Source of the DNA: Candidatus Omnitrophota bacterium
Lineage (GTDB): Bacteria; Omnitrophota; Gorgyraeia; Zapsychrales; Zapsychraceae
Direction of reading: 5' to 3'
NCBI GenBank assembly: GCA_029261055.1
Contig: JAJDCA010000068.1
Span: forward strand, 133,275 to 197,274
DNA: 64,000 nt
Positions within the stretch are counted from its first letter, which is position 1. Every line of letters begins with the position of its first letter. The translations under genes were made by a program, and so were the position numbers. Positions 9,943-18,667 of the stretch are shown piece by piece. The notes under the pieces are model-generated. The model had not been told where the DNA came from and made no database searches. It worked only from the letters and a program-made list of their open reading frames with translations.

Positions 9943-10428
9943 ATTAAATTATCCCTTTGATTCAACTCATTTCTCTCTTTATAATTATCTATTTTTTACA
10001 AAGCGTAGCATATAATACATTCAAACCAAAAGCAACGTCAAATTTCCATATATACGACTTAAAAATCATTCCTATACAAATCAAAAATAACCGGTACAAA
10101 AGCTCATGTCTACTTTGATGACCATCTCATCTCTGAGATATGAAAAAACTTAAATTTAGTCGTGTTGTTTAGGCGTCAGGGTTATTCCCATAATTTGTTT
10201 TATTTTTTTATTTATATGTTACTATGGATACACTTATACAAGTGGGGTTAGATACATTATGCATCCAATTTTAGCCCTATTTTATTTAGGATCACTAGGA
10301 TTTAACAAATTAATAACGCAAATAGAAAAACAAAAGTGGCATACCAATATCAAATGCTTAATTGTTTTTTCCCTATATATTACTTATCTCAATAAAAATA
10401 TTTTAATTATATTCAAAGGAGTCTAAAA
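9943..10428. promoter_or_regulatory. AT-rich divergent promoter region between the glycan operon (minus) and the B12-rSAM gene (plus); AAAGGAG RBS before 10429
   Basis: 486-bp non-coding, very AT-rich, flanked by divergent starts. Shine-Dalgarno aaaggagtctaaaaATG. Confidence 0.5.
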
Positions 10429-11937
10429 ATGAATATTCTCTATGTCGTTGACACATTTTCCGTTATTGAACCCATGGGTGTCTTGCATCTTTCGGCAATT
10501 TCTAAAGCCCAGGGCCATAAAAGTTTTATTGCTGCTATTGAAAAAAATAATGTCGAAGAAAAAATTGGACAACACAATATCGATTGTGTTGCCTTCAGTT
10601 TCATGTCTACCGAAGCACGAGGATTCCATCAACTAGCTGAACGCCTGCGCGCACTTCATCCTAATCTTCCCATAATCGCCGGAGGTCCTCACCCAACCTA
10701 TTACCCTCAAATCATTGATTCCTGGCCTATTGATGCTGTTATTGTTGGAGAAGGCGAAGCCGTTTATCCTGAAATAATTAAAAATTTATCTGAAGGCAAA
10801 GATATCTCCCACATTTCCAGCGTTCAAACAAAACACCATAAAAACTCTCAAAAGCTCCTTGTCGAAAATCTAGACGACATCCCTTTTGCAGACCGAGAGC
10901 TATTAAAGGATGTTGCTCCTTACAAATATGTACGCATGAAAACATTTTTTGGAACACGTGGTTGCCCATATAGCTGTAGTTATTGCTTTAACAGTGCATA
11001 TAATAAACTCTACAAAGGGAAAGGCTTAATTATCCGACGGCGATCTGTAGAGAATTTAGTAAGTGAGATTGAACAGGTCGTTCAAAAATATCCTACCGAT
11101 TTTGTCCGTTTCGGTGATGACACCTTTGTTATGAAATACGATGAATGGGTAGAAGAATTTGTAGAGAAATATAAAAAACGTGTCGGACTTCCTTTTTATT
11201 TCCTTATCCACCCAAACCTTGTTACTAAAAAACTCATCGGGGCTATGCGTGAAGCAGGCGCTCATTCTGTAATGATGGGGGTTGAATCTGGTGTGGAACG
11301 TCTTCGTCGTAAAGTCTTAGACCGATATGTCTCAGATGATACGATGGTGGAAGCTTTTAATATCCTCAGAGATAACAAAATTAAAGTTTTCAGCAACACA
11401 ATTCTGGGACTACCAGCTTCAACCTTAAAGGATGACCTTACCTCTTTAGAATTTACCTTAAAATGTAATCCAACTTATTCCGGATTTACAGTTTTCACAC
11501 CATTTCCCGGTACCGGCCTTTATAAATACAGCATTGAAAATGGTTACTTGGATGATGTTGATTCTTTCGAAGATTCTATCCCCAACAGCATGCAGCAAGG
11601 GTCTTGTTTAAAACACATTACTGACAAACAAAAAGACATCCACAAGAACATCTTAGTTCTAGCTCCCGTTGCTAACTTCATGCCATTTCTAAAAAACCTT
11701 ATTGTCAAACACCTCATTTATTGGAAACCTAATAAACTTTTTGATACTATTGGTTTTTTTGTCCGCAACTATTGCAACACACTTATTTTTCCGTTTGGAA
11801 AATCTTTATCAACATTTATCCTTCTCTTTTACAAAGTTCTTCGCATTGATAAAAAGAACTATACGACCCAAACATCTAAAAAACCTTCCGTAGAGACTTC
11901 CTCTTCTACGGCTAGTAGTCAAGAAAATCGCCTTTGA
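10429..11937 (+). CDS. cobalamin (B12)-binding domain radical SAM enzyme (class B radical SAM methyltransferase-like)
   Basis: N-terminal B12-binding Rossmann-like region (LYVVDTF...CVAFSFMSTE...PIIAGGPHPT), then the radical SAM CPYSCSYC motif. ~500 aa, as in class B rSAMs. Confidence 0.75.
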   Translation: MNILYVVDTFSVIEPMGVLHLSAISKAQGHKSFIAAIEKNNVEEKIGQHNIDCVAFSFMSTEARGFHQLAERLRALHPNLPIIAGGPHPTYYPQIIDSWPIDAVIVGEGEAVYPEIIKNLSEGKDISHISSVQTKHHKNSQKLLVENLDDIPFADRELLKDVAPYKYVRMKTFFGTRGCPYSCSYCFNSAYNKLYKGKGLIIRRRSVENLVSEIEQVVQKYPTDFVRFGDDTFVMKYDEWVEEFVEKYKKRVGLPFYFLIHPNLVTKKLIGAMREAGAHSVMMGVESGVERLRRKVLDRYVSDDTMVEAFNILRDNKIKVFSNTILGLPASTLKDDLTSLEFTLKCNPTYSGFTVFTPFPGTGLYKYSIENGYLDDVDSFEDSIPNSMQQGSCLKHITDKQKDIHKNILVLAPVANFMPFLKNLIVKHLIYWKPNKLFDTIGFFVRNYCNTLIFPFGKSLSTFILLFYKVLRIDKKNYTTQTSKKPSVETSSSTASSQENRL

Positions 11938-12002
11938 TGATAACCTAAAGGCGCATTTTCGGTGCCGATAGGAAAGTTTTACACTTTCCTAATATAGTAA
12001 AA

Positions 12003-12065
12003 AAATAAAGCCTTTCCCGGATGCCTCGCGTCTTGACGCTGAACATCCAGGAAAGGCTTTATTAT
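12003..12065. terminator. bidirectional rho-independent terminator between convergent genes
   Basis: aaaaaaataaagcctttcccggatg ... catccaggaaaggctttatt: 17-bp perfect stem flanked by A-run/T-run. Confidence 0.7.
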
Positions 12066-12091
12066 AACCTAACCATCCGCTGGATCTTTTA

Positions 12092-13099
12092 CTAAAATAT
12101 CTTGGTACCGATCTCTTCCCCTTTTGAAACTGCCGATTGCTTTGCCTTTTGCAAAAATGTTGCTTGTGATAAAAAACGTTTTGAATTTTCTTCCATTCCC
12201 ATAGCCTTAAGACTCATACCCAAATAATAAAATGGCTCATACTGACCTTTATTACTCTCAATATATTTCTGAAAGAAAACTACCGATTTTTCATGCTCCT
12301 CAAGTAAAAAAGCTGCTAACCCTGCATAATAATAAAAGAAACCCTGATCTTCTAACCCTGATGAAATCGCATAATTCGCCATTTGTACCATAACAGAAAA
12401 ATTTTTCAAATAGTACTGACTCAACAACATCAATTTAAAAGCATCTGTATAACTTGTTTTTAAACCCTGATTCATCCATCCTTCCACGTTTTCGCCTTCA
12501 CCCCATATCTGACGATAAATGCCTACTGTATTAATAATTTTTAATGTAATCGCCGGCTTTAATTGAAAAGCCTTTTGAAGTATTGCGTAGGCTTTTTCAT
12601 ACTCTTTTCCATGAAAATAAATAACGCCAAGATTATAAAATGGCCAAAAATTATGAGAGTTTAGCCTAATTGATTCTTGATAAGACTTAACCGCTTTCTC
12701 ATCCTGGCTATTATGGTAATAACAAAATCCTAAAATGTCATGAATACCTGACACGTCAGGATAAAATACAGATGCTTTTTCATAATAATCTATCCTGCTG
12801 CAAGGGCCTGTCCCGCGTAGAAAACCATGCCCTACTTTAGAATTATTGGCTATTTGTTGCACCATATGCGCAAAATTTGGTTTGGAATAGCTTAAAGTAA
12901 CAACCTTAGATTTTTCTTTAACATCATCATGCTGCTTTATAAGCCTCGAAAAACTAAAATTATTTGGAAATAATTCCTGACCTCTACTATAATGAATCAA
13001 TACATAAACAATGTAGGCCGATAAAATAAATAAAAAACAACCTATCGTGGCCCATCTGACTATATACACAATGGTTTTTAATTTTTCTTTAATTGCCAT
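12092..13099 (-). CDS. membrane-anchored TPR-repeat protein (paralogue of the C-terminal modules of 3054..4808 and 38876..42103)
   Basis: N-terminal TM helix. TPR segments YYEKASVFYPDVSGIHDILGFCYYH... closely parallel YYQKIIQYIPNRPDAHGVLGFCLYH... and YYEKINQYMPSRSAAYGLLGFCHYH... Confidence 0.6.
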   Translation of the reverse strand: MAIKEKLKTIVYIVRWATIGCFLFILSAYIVYVLIHYSRGQELFPNNFSFSRLIKQHDDVKEKSKVVTLSYSKPNFAHMVQQIANNSKVGHGFLRGTGPCSRIDYYEKASVFYPDVSGIHDILGFCYYHNSQDEKAVKSYQESIRLNSHNFWPFYNLGVIYFHGKEYEKAYAILQKAFQLKPAITLKIINTVGIYRQIWGEGENVEGWMNQGLKTSYTDAFKLMLLSQYYLKNFSVMVQMANYAISSGLEDQGFFYYYAGLAAFLLEEHEKSVVFFQKYIESNKGQYEPFYYLGMSLKAMGMEENSKRFLSQATFLQKAKQSAVSKGEEIGTKIF

Positions 13100-13115
13100 G
13101 CCCTCATTTTAAATT

Positions 13116-14558
13116 ATGCTAAAAATTTCCCGCAGCATTATCCTGGCCTTCACTTTTTCAATCTTATACTGGATTTACGTGGGGTACGTTTCCCAAATTG
13201 CGTTAGCTAATGATGCGATTGCTTACGACAACCTTGGCTCATTAATCTACAATAATGGTTGGGGCGATTTTTTTAGAACCGGCCCTCATCGGGAACCATT
13301 TTATCCTTTTCTGATATCTGTCACCATGAGCTTGGGGAAACTTTTTTCTATTTCCTATCACATTCCCCAAAAAATCATTCAGTTTTCTTTTTTACTTTTA
13401 ACACAAATTCTTTCCTTAATCATCCTTAAAAAATTAAAAATAAATAATTTTTTATGCGCCTGCATCATTTTGTACATTGGATTTTCTCCGGCTTTCGTTA
13501 ATTCATCCCTAAGTCTATTTTCTGAAATCGCTGCCTACCCTTTTATTCTACTTACCGTCATCTTTGCCAGCACAAGTTACAAAAACATCTTAATTACAAA
13601 AAAAGGTCGTTCCACCCAAAAATTATCACTGCTTTTAGCCTTCTTGTTAGGAACAAGCATCTTAATGATCACTTTTGTGAAAGGTATTTTTGAATTATTC
13701 ATCCCTTTTTTATTGATCCCTTTTTGCATTATGCTTATAAAAACATACCGGCTGAAACAAAAAGAAGCATCTAATAATATCCTTGCCTTTATTATCATTG
13801 CAGCTCTAAGCTTTTATTTACCGTTTAATGCATATAAACTAGCCAATAAAAAATATAATGGTAATTTCACATTTACAACACGCGGAAGTGAAGTTCTTTA
13901 TGCGGAAACCAAACGACGCATGGACAATTTTTCCGCAAAAAACTGGTTAACAGCCCTTGTGTACGTTCCTGGGCACAGATACTGTGAACCTCTTTTTGGT
14001 AATGCCGCTTGTGCGTACTGGACGCCTCTTATCGACATCAATAAGCTACTCTACAATCATAAAGATGAAATTTCAGACGCCCCTACCACAAGCAATGCGT
14101 TTAAAAAAATACTCCTAATGAAAACATTCAAAAGAATCTTTAAAAACCCTTTTGCCTATACCTTAATGACGGCTACGGTGGGACTAAAACTATTTTTTTG
14201 GGAATCGTCCAAACTAGGACATGTGGCTTACCCGGACTGGATGGATAAAATTTTCTGGAACCCCGGACTTGAAAATATTCTCAACTTCAGCGTTGCCTTA
14301 CTTTCTTTTCTTGCTTTTCTCTATCTAATAAAATTTATTTGGCAGCATCGCAAAAATATTTTTGCTTTCAAAACACAAAACAACGAAGTCACTTGTTACC
14401 TTTTATTTGTTTTTCTCATTCTTTCTGTATTTATGACAATCTCATCTCTCTTCATTATCCTCACCAGGTACATGCTCCCCATCGCCCCGCTTTATCTCAT
14501 CATCATTGCTTTTACTATCCAACAAATTGTAAATCGCATCAAATCCCGTCACTCCTGA
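13116..14558 (+). CDS. GT-C family glycosyltransferase (PMT_2/ArnT-like, GT39/GT83-type), 480 aa polytopic membrane protein
   Basis: Loop motif NDAIAYDNLG...GPHREPFYPFLIS resembles the DE..Y....PPLYYW first-loop signature of ArnT/PMT enzymes. At least 11 TM segments. Confidence 0.55.
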   Translation: MLKISRSIILAFTFSILYWIYVGYVSQIALANDAIAYDNLGSLIYNNGWGDFFRTGPHREPFYPFLISVTMSLGKLFSISYHIPQKIIQFSFLLLTQILSLIILKKLKINNFLCACIILYIGFSPAFVNSSLSLFSEIAAYPFILLTVIFASTSYKNILITKKGRSTQKLSLLLAFLLGTSILMITFVKGIFELFIPFLLIPFCIMLIKTYRLKQKEASNNILAFIIIAALSFYLPFNAYKLANKKYNGNFTFTTRGSEVLYAETKRRMDNFSAKNWLTALVYVPGHRYCEPLFGNAACAYWTPLIDINKLLYNHKDEISDAPTTSNAFKKILLMKTFKRIFKNPFAYTLMTATVGLKLFFWESSKLGHVAYPDWMDKIFWNPGLENILNFSVALLSFLAFLYLIKFIWQHRKNIFAFKTQNNEVTCYLLFVFLILSVFMTISSLFIILTRYMLPIAPLYLIIIAFTIQQIVNRIKSRHS

Positions 14559-14917
14559 TAATACGCACTATTACCCATTACAAGAGCCAATTCTGCTTTC
14601 TTCAATTCTTTACCTAAATAGGCTATGTGTGTTTTTTCTTCAAACCAGCCCTGTTTATGTTCTTTTTCGTATTTAAATATTTCACTGTAAATATCTTGAG
14701 CCTTTCGCCCTCGAAACACTTTAACAATATTTTGAGTTTTATTACATATGGCAACCTCAATACGAATAAGCGCAAAGTCTACTCTAATTAAAACATAATG
14801 CCCGGTTGGCTCCATGCGAAAGTCTTTATAGGGATCATACTCAGGGCAATCAATGGTTTCACAGCCCTTTACTTTCTTAGGTAATTTTGACTTTGACACA
14901 GAAAAATTCTTTTTCAT
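14549..14917 (-). CDS. small conserved hypothetical protein (122 aa)
   Basis: Uninterrupted ORF, no recognisable motif beyond a CxxxxC pair. Position between the GT-C gene and cobO. Confidence 0.35.
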   Translation of the reverse strand: MKKNFSVSKSKLPKKVKGCETIDCPEYDPYKDFRMEPTGHYVLIRVDFALIRIEVAICNKTQNIVKVFRGRKAQDIYSEIFKYEKEHKQGWFEEKTHIAYLGKELKKAELALVMGNSAYYQE

Positions 14918-14946
14918 TTATTTCCCCTCTGGTGTAATGATTGAAT

Positions 14947-15540
14947 CTAATATTCAATCCCTGGCTGAGCTTTGATGCCTTGTTGGTAAGGATGTTTAAT
15001 ACTTTGCATTTCTGTGACTAAATCAGCAATATTGATTAATTTCTTTGGCGCGCCGCCTCCGGTGAGAATAACATGCTTAAGCGGTGGCTTATTTTTTAAG
15101 GCTTCAATAATTTCATCGGGATCCAGAAAATTAAATTTCATCACATAATTAATCTCATCAAAAATTACAAGAAAATGCTCATCATCCTGCAACACCTCTT
15201 TACATTTGGCCCAAGCCTTCTTTGCCGTTTTGACATCTGCATCAAAATTTTGAGTATCCCACGTAAAACCATCACCAATGGCATGCATCTGACAAAGATC
15301 GGGAAACTTCTTAAAAAACTTGGATTCCCCTGTTTGCCACTTCCCCTTAATAAATTGAACAATCGCCACTTTCTTTCCGCGTCCCATCGCGCGTAAGGCC
15401 GTACCAAAGGCAGCTGTAGATTTCCCCTTACCGTTCCCCGTATGCACCATAATCAATCCTTTTCGAATCGACTTCTTAATGTCTTTATGTTTTCGAGGAG
15501 ATTTATCTTGAACTTTATTTTTGTTTATTTTTTGTGTCAT
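14947..15540 (-). CDS. cobO: cob(I)yrinic acid a,c-diamide / cob(I)alamin adenosyltransferase (CobA/CobO/BtuR family)
   Basis: GLIMVHTGNGKGKSTAAFGTALRAMGRGKKVAIVQFIKG is nearly the BtuR/CobA P-loop signature. Confidence 0.85.
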   Translation of the reverse strand: MTQKINKNKVQDKSPRKHKDIKKSIRKGLIMVHTGNGKGKSTAAFGTALRAMGRGKKVAIVQFIKGKWQTGESKFFKKFPDLCQMHAIGDGFTWDTQNFDADVKTAKKAWAKCKEVLQDDEHFLVIFDEINYVMKFNFLDPDEIIEALKNKPPLKHVILTGGGAPKKLINIADLVTEMQSIKHPYQQGIKAQPGIEY

Positions 15541-15543
15541 TGG

Positions 15544-16479
15544 CTACCTCCATACAACCATCATAAAACAAAATATCACTGTGACCCACGCAGAAGCCAT
15601 CATCAATCGTATGCTTTTGTTTATGTGTTCTTTACGTAAAACCTGAATATTTGAACCCAAATATGTTTTCTTTAATTCTTTTCCTTCGTAATTATTAGCG
15701 CCTCCTAATTGCACATCCAGAGCGCCGGCAAAGGCTGCTTCCGGGATATCACTAATATGCTTAATCTTAATAAACTCCTTAACTCCTTCTTTCATAGCCC
15801 CTTTAACATTATTCTTTGTCATCCATGCCGCTGCTGCAATAAAGAAATACGACAATCTCGACGGAATCCAATTAACAACATCATCGATCTTGGCGGAAAA
15901 ATAACCAAATTTGGCATAACGTTTGTTAAGATGTCCAACCATAGAGTCCAGCGTATTAACGGCTTTATACGCTAAGGCCAACGGAGCTCCGCCAATCGCC
16001 GCGTAAAATAAAGGCGCAATGATACCGTCCACGGTGCTTTCCGCTACAGTCTCAACCGTGGCTCGCACCACTTCCCTTTCATCCAAAGTCTTCGTATCCC
16101 GCCCCACGATTCTGGCAACATCCAGCCGCGCTTTTATTAAATCATTATTTTGCAAATCATTATGTATCTGAACCGCCTCTTTTCGCAAATCATGCACAGA
16201 AATAGCGGTATAAATTCCCAACATATTGACAACCCAAGCCACCGTAGGATGAATCATTGTGCCAATATGCAGAAAATAAAAAACCAACACATACACAAAA
16301 ACGGGCAAACTTATGGCTAATACACCCCCGGCTAAATATTCATTCTTTATCGCCTTCCGATAAAAATCTTCCAACTTTTCAATCGCTTGTCCAATTAGAC
16401 GCGCAGGATGAAATGCGTAAACAGGATCACCAATCCATAAATCTGTTACAAATGCAAAAAATATTCCGGATGCCATCAT
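15544..16479 (-). CDS. cbiB: adenosylcobinamide-phosphate synthase (CbiB/CobD)
   Basis: WIGDPVYAFHPARLIGQ N-terminal signature; ~310 aa membrane protein. Confidence 0.85.
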   Translation of the reverse strand: MMASGIFFAFVTDLWIGDPVYAFHPARLIGQAIEKLEDFYRKAIKNEYLAGGVLAISLPVFVYVLVFYFLHIGTMIHPTVAWVVNMLGIYTAISVHDLRKEAVQIHNDLQNNDLIKARLDVARIVGRDTKTLDEREVVRATVETVAESTVDGIIAPLFYAAIGGAPLALAYKAVNTLDSMVGHLNKRYAKFGYFSAKIDDVVNWIPSRLSYFFIAAAAWMTKNNVKGAMKEGVKEFIKIKHISDIPEAAFAGALDVQLGGANNYEGKELKKTYLGSNIQVLRKEHINKSIRLMMASAWVTVIFCFMMVVWR

Positions 16480-16481
16480 CG

Positions 16482-17573
16482 TTAAACCATCGCCTTTTCT
16501 AAAGTTTCAATCTTTTTTAATTGATCAAGAAAATACTGATTCTCTGGCCTTAACTTCAAAGCAATACGAAAATAACATGAATCTAATCCTTGAAAACCAT
16601 GAACTTCCCTTACATAAAGCCGCGCTTGTTCTAACCCCTGCATAACACACCTTTGATCCTTAACATCACTAATTTTGCATAAAAAAAAGTTAGCTAGACT
16701 TGCAAATACTTTAATAGTCGGGACAGATGACAAAACTCTCAGAAAATAAGAATGCTCTTCCTTAAACCATTGATGGGTTTCTATTTTAAAAGCTGTGTCT
16801 TCAAGCGCCACCAACCCAAGCTTTTGCGCCACCCCATTACATGACCACGTATCTTGAAAGGGGCGCATGCGATCCATAATCTCTTTATCCGCACATGCAT
16901 AGCCAATACGAATCCCAGCAAGTGCGTAAAATTTTGTTAATGATCGAATCACAATCGTCGTCCGATATTTCTGAATTAACTCAATAACAGAATACTCCGG
17001 ACACCAATCCACAAAAGCCTCATCAATAACCAAATAAACATTTTGCTTTTCGGCGCGCTGCATAAGATACTCTAATGCATTAAATGAAAGAGCTGTTCCC
17101 GTTGGATTATTCGGATGCCCCAGCACAATCATATCTATATCTTCCAGATGTGAAATAATACTCTCTATGGAAAATTGAAACTCATCTTCTGCCTTTAAAA
17201 AAATATCAATAATTTCTGCGCCCTGCAACTCTAATAAACGTCGATACTCATTAAAACAAGGTTCAATCAACAAAGCCTTTTTAGGGCGCAAAGCACGAAT
17301 TACCAACTCAATCAATGAAATAGATCCATTTCCAACCATCACATTTTCCAAATCAAGATGATGCATTGCAGAAATCTTCGCACATAATTTCTCCGCACAA
17401 GGATCAGGATAAACAGCAACTTCATTGATCGACCCAACATAAGCCTGCTTAATCGCCGCAGAAATACCCAAAGGATTAATATTGCTCGAAAAATCAATCA
17501 CCGATTCCAAAGGCACCCCAACCCTCTGCGCAAACCCTTTAATATTCCCCCCATGTATAATTTTCTTTGGCAT
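16482..17573 (-). CDS. cobD: L-threonine-O-3-phosphate decarboxylase (CobD/CobC; class I/II aminotransferase fold)
   Basis: 363-aa PLP aminotransferase-like protein (IDFSSNINPLG..., LTKFYALAGIRIGY) inside the cob cluster; typical of threonine-phosphate decarboxylase. Confidence 0.7.
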   Translation of the reverse strand: MPKKIIHGGNIKGFAQRVGVPLESVIDFSSNINPLGISAAIKQAYVGSINEVAVYPDPCAEKLCAKISAMHHLDLENVMVGNGSISLIELVIRALRPKKALLIEPCFNEYRRLLELQGAEIIDIFLKAEDEFQFSIESIISHLEDIDMIVLGHPNNPTGTALSFNALEYLMQRAEKQNVYLVIDEAFVDWCPEYSVIELIQKYRTTIVIRSLTKFYALAGIRIGYACADKEIMDRMRPFQDTWSCNGVAQKLGLVALEDTAFKIETHQWFKEEHSYFLRVLSSVPTIKVFASLANFFLCKISDVKDQRCVMQGLEQARLYVREVHGFQGLDSCYFRIALKLRPENQYFLDQLKKIETLEKAMV

Positions 17574-17594
17574 AAATTTATTACCCCTAGTGAC

Positions 17595-17709
17595 GCGAAA
17601 TCGCTTTTAAGCATAGATTAACACATTCCGCTCAGAGGAGATCTCGTTCTGCTCGATCTCCAATTCGCTGCATGCATTAATCTATGCTTGGAGCGATTAC
17701 GAATTAAGC
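17595..17709. repeat. multi-stem palindromic element A (13-bp perfect inverted repeat aagcatagattaa/ttaatctatgctt plus nested ggagatc/gatctcc hairpin)
   Basis: Read directly from sequence; lies in the 319-bp gap between cobS and cobD. Confidence 0.6.
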
Positions 17710-17744
17710 AGCAATAATTCCCTTATTTACTATGACTCTTAATC

Positions 17745-17883
17745 GGTAACCTTTCAATAAACTCGTCTTAACAAGAGTTTCTGTTAAAGCCTGTAGGCGA
17801 ATTGGACGCAACAAAAATACTGCGTCCTCTGAGCCGAAAGGTTTTAACAGAAACTCCAATAGACGAGTTTATTGAAAGGTTAC
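17745..17883. repeat. 139-bp near-perfect long hairpin element B (23-bp and 14-bp perfect stems plus inner ggacgca/tgcgtcc hairpin)
   Basis: ggtaacctttcaataaactcgtct ... agacgagtttattgaaaggttac, and gagtttctgttaaa ... tttaacagaaactc. Candidate structured RNA, attenuator or MITE-like insertion. Confidence 0.6.
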
Positions 17884-17892
17884 TTGAATAGA

Positions 17893-18648
17893 CTAGTTAG
17901 AATTTACAATCAAAACTAAATAAACAAAGACTTCTGTTAATTCTCCTGTGGCGCCGATCACATCGCCGGTGATTCCACCGATTCGTTTTTTGTAGAACTT
18001 ACTTAACAAATAAATAAAAATCCCGCTTAACAATACGGCAACAATGCCGGTGATCCCTAAAAATAAACTCACAATTAAAACAAACACTGTGCTTAGAAAA
18101 ATCTGCACTTCGGAAACAGCTCCCGCCACCTCTTGACCCAAGCCTTTTTCAGTACGCGCATACGGCAATAAAAAACAAATGAAACCATGGGCCCACCGTG
18201 ATAAGCCTATAGCCAAAATAAAACCGGCATTCTGTTGCGGCAACATGACAAGACATTCCCATTTCATCAGCAGCAAGAATACAACACTCAATGTGCCCCA
18301 CACCCCAATACGCGAATCCTTCATAACATGGAGAATATCGTGTTTATCTTTTCCCTGAAAAAAGGCATCAAAAGAATCGGCCAAACCGTCAATATGTAAT
18401 CCACCGCTTATGATGATAGGCAATAAAACTAAAAATAAACTCAATAACCGCGGTGAAAAATAATGAGAAAAAATTCCAACAATAAAAAGTGAAATTACCG
18501 CAATAAAAAAACCTACTAAAGGAAAATAGGCCATTGCTTGAGATAAAGAAATTCTTTCTTCCTTATTAGTGACAGCTAAAGGAATGATTGTTAGAAAAGA
18601 AAACGCAAGTCGTAAATTACTAAACCAATTAAAAGATTTTCCGAGCAT
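17893..18648 (-). CDS. cobS: adenosylcobinamide-GDP ribazoletransferase (cobalamin synthase CobS)
   Basis: FLTIIPLAV and multi-TM CobS architecture. Start moved to the internal ATG (MLGKS...) to avoid overlap with cobT. Confidence 0.8.
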   Translation of the reverse strand: MLGKSFNWFSNLRLAFSFLTIIPLAVTNKEERISLSQAMAYFPLVGFFIAVISLFIVGIFSHYFSPRLLSLFLVLLPIIISGGLHIDGLADSFDAFFQGKDKHDILHVMKDSRIGVWGTLSVVFLLLMKWECLVMLPQQNAGFILAIGLSRWAHGFICFLLPYARTEKGLGQEVAGAVSEVQIFLSTVFVLIVSLFLGITGIVAVLLSGIFIYLLSKFYKKRIGGITGDVIGATGELTEVFVYLVLIVNSN

Positions 18649-18667
18649 CGCATCCTCGGACAACTTC

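Noticed and set aside
17574-17892. Possible second cobalamin riboswitch inside the cob operon
   Set aside because: No B12 box (GCCACUG) or GGGAA/GGUG core on either strand. The structure is a symmetric hairpin rather than a riboswitch fold. Kept as a separate finding of unknown nature.
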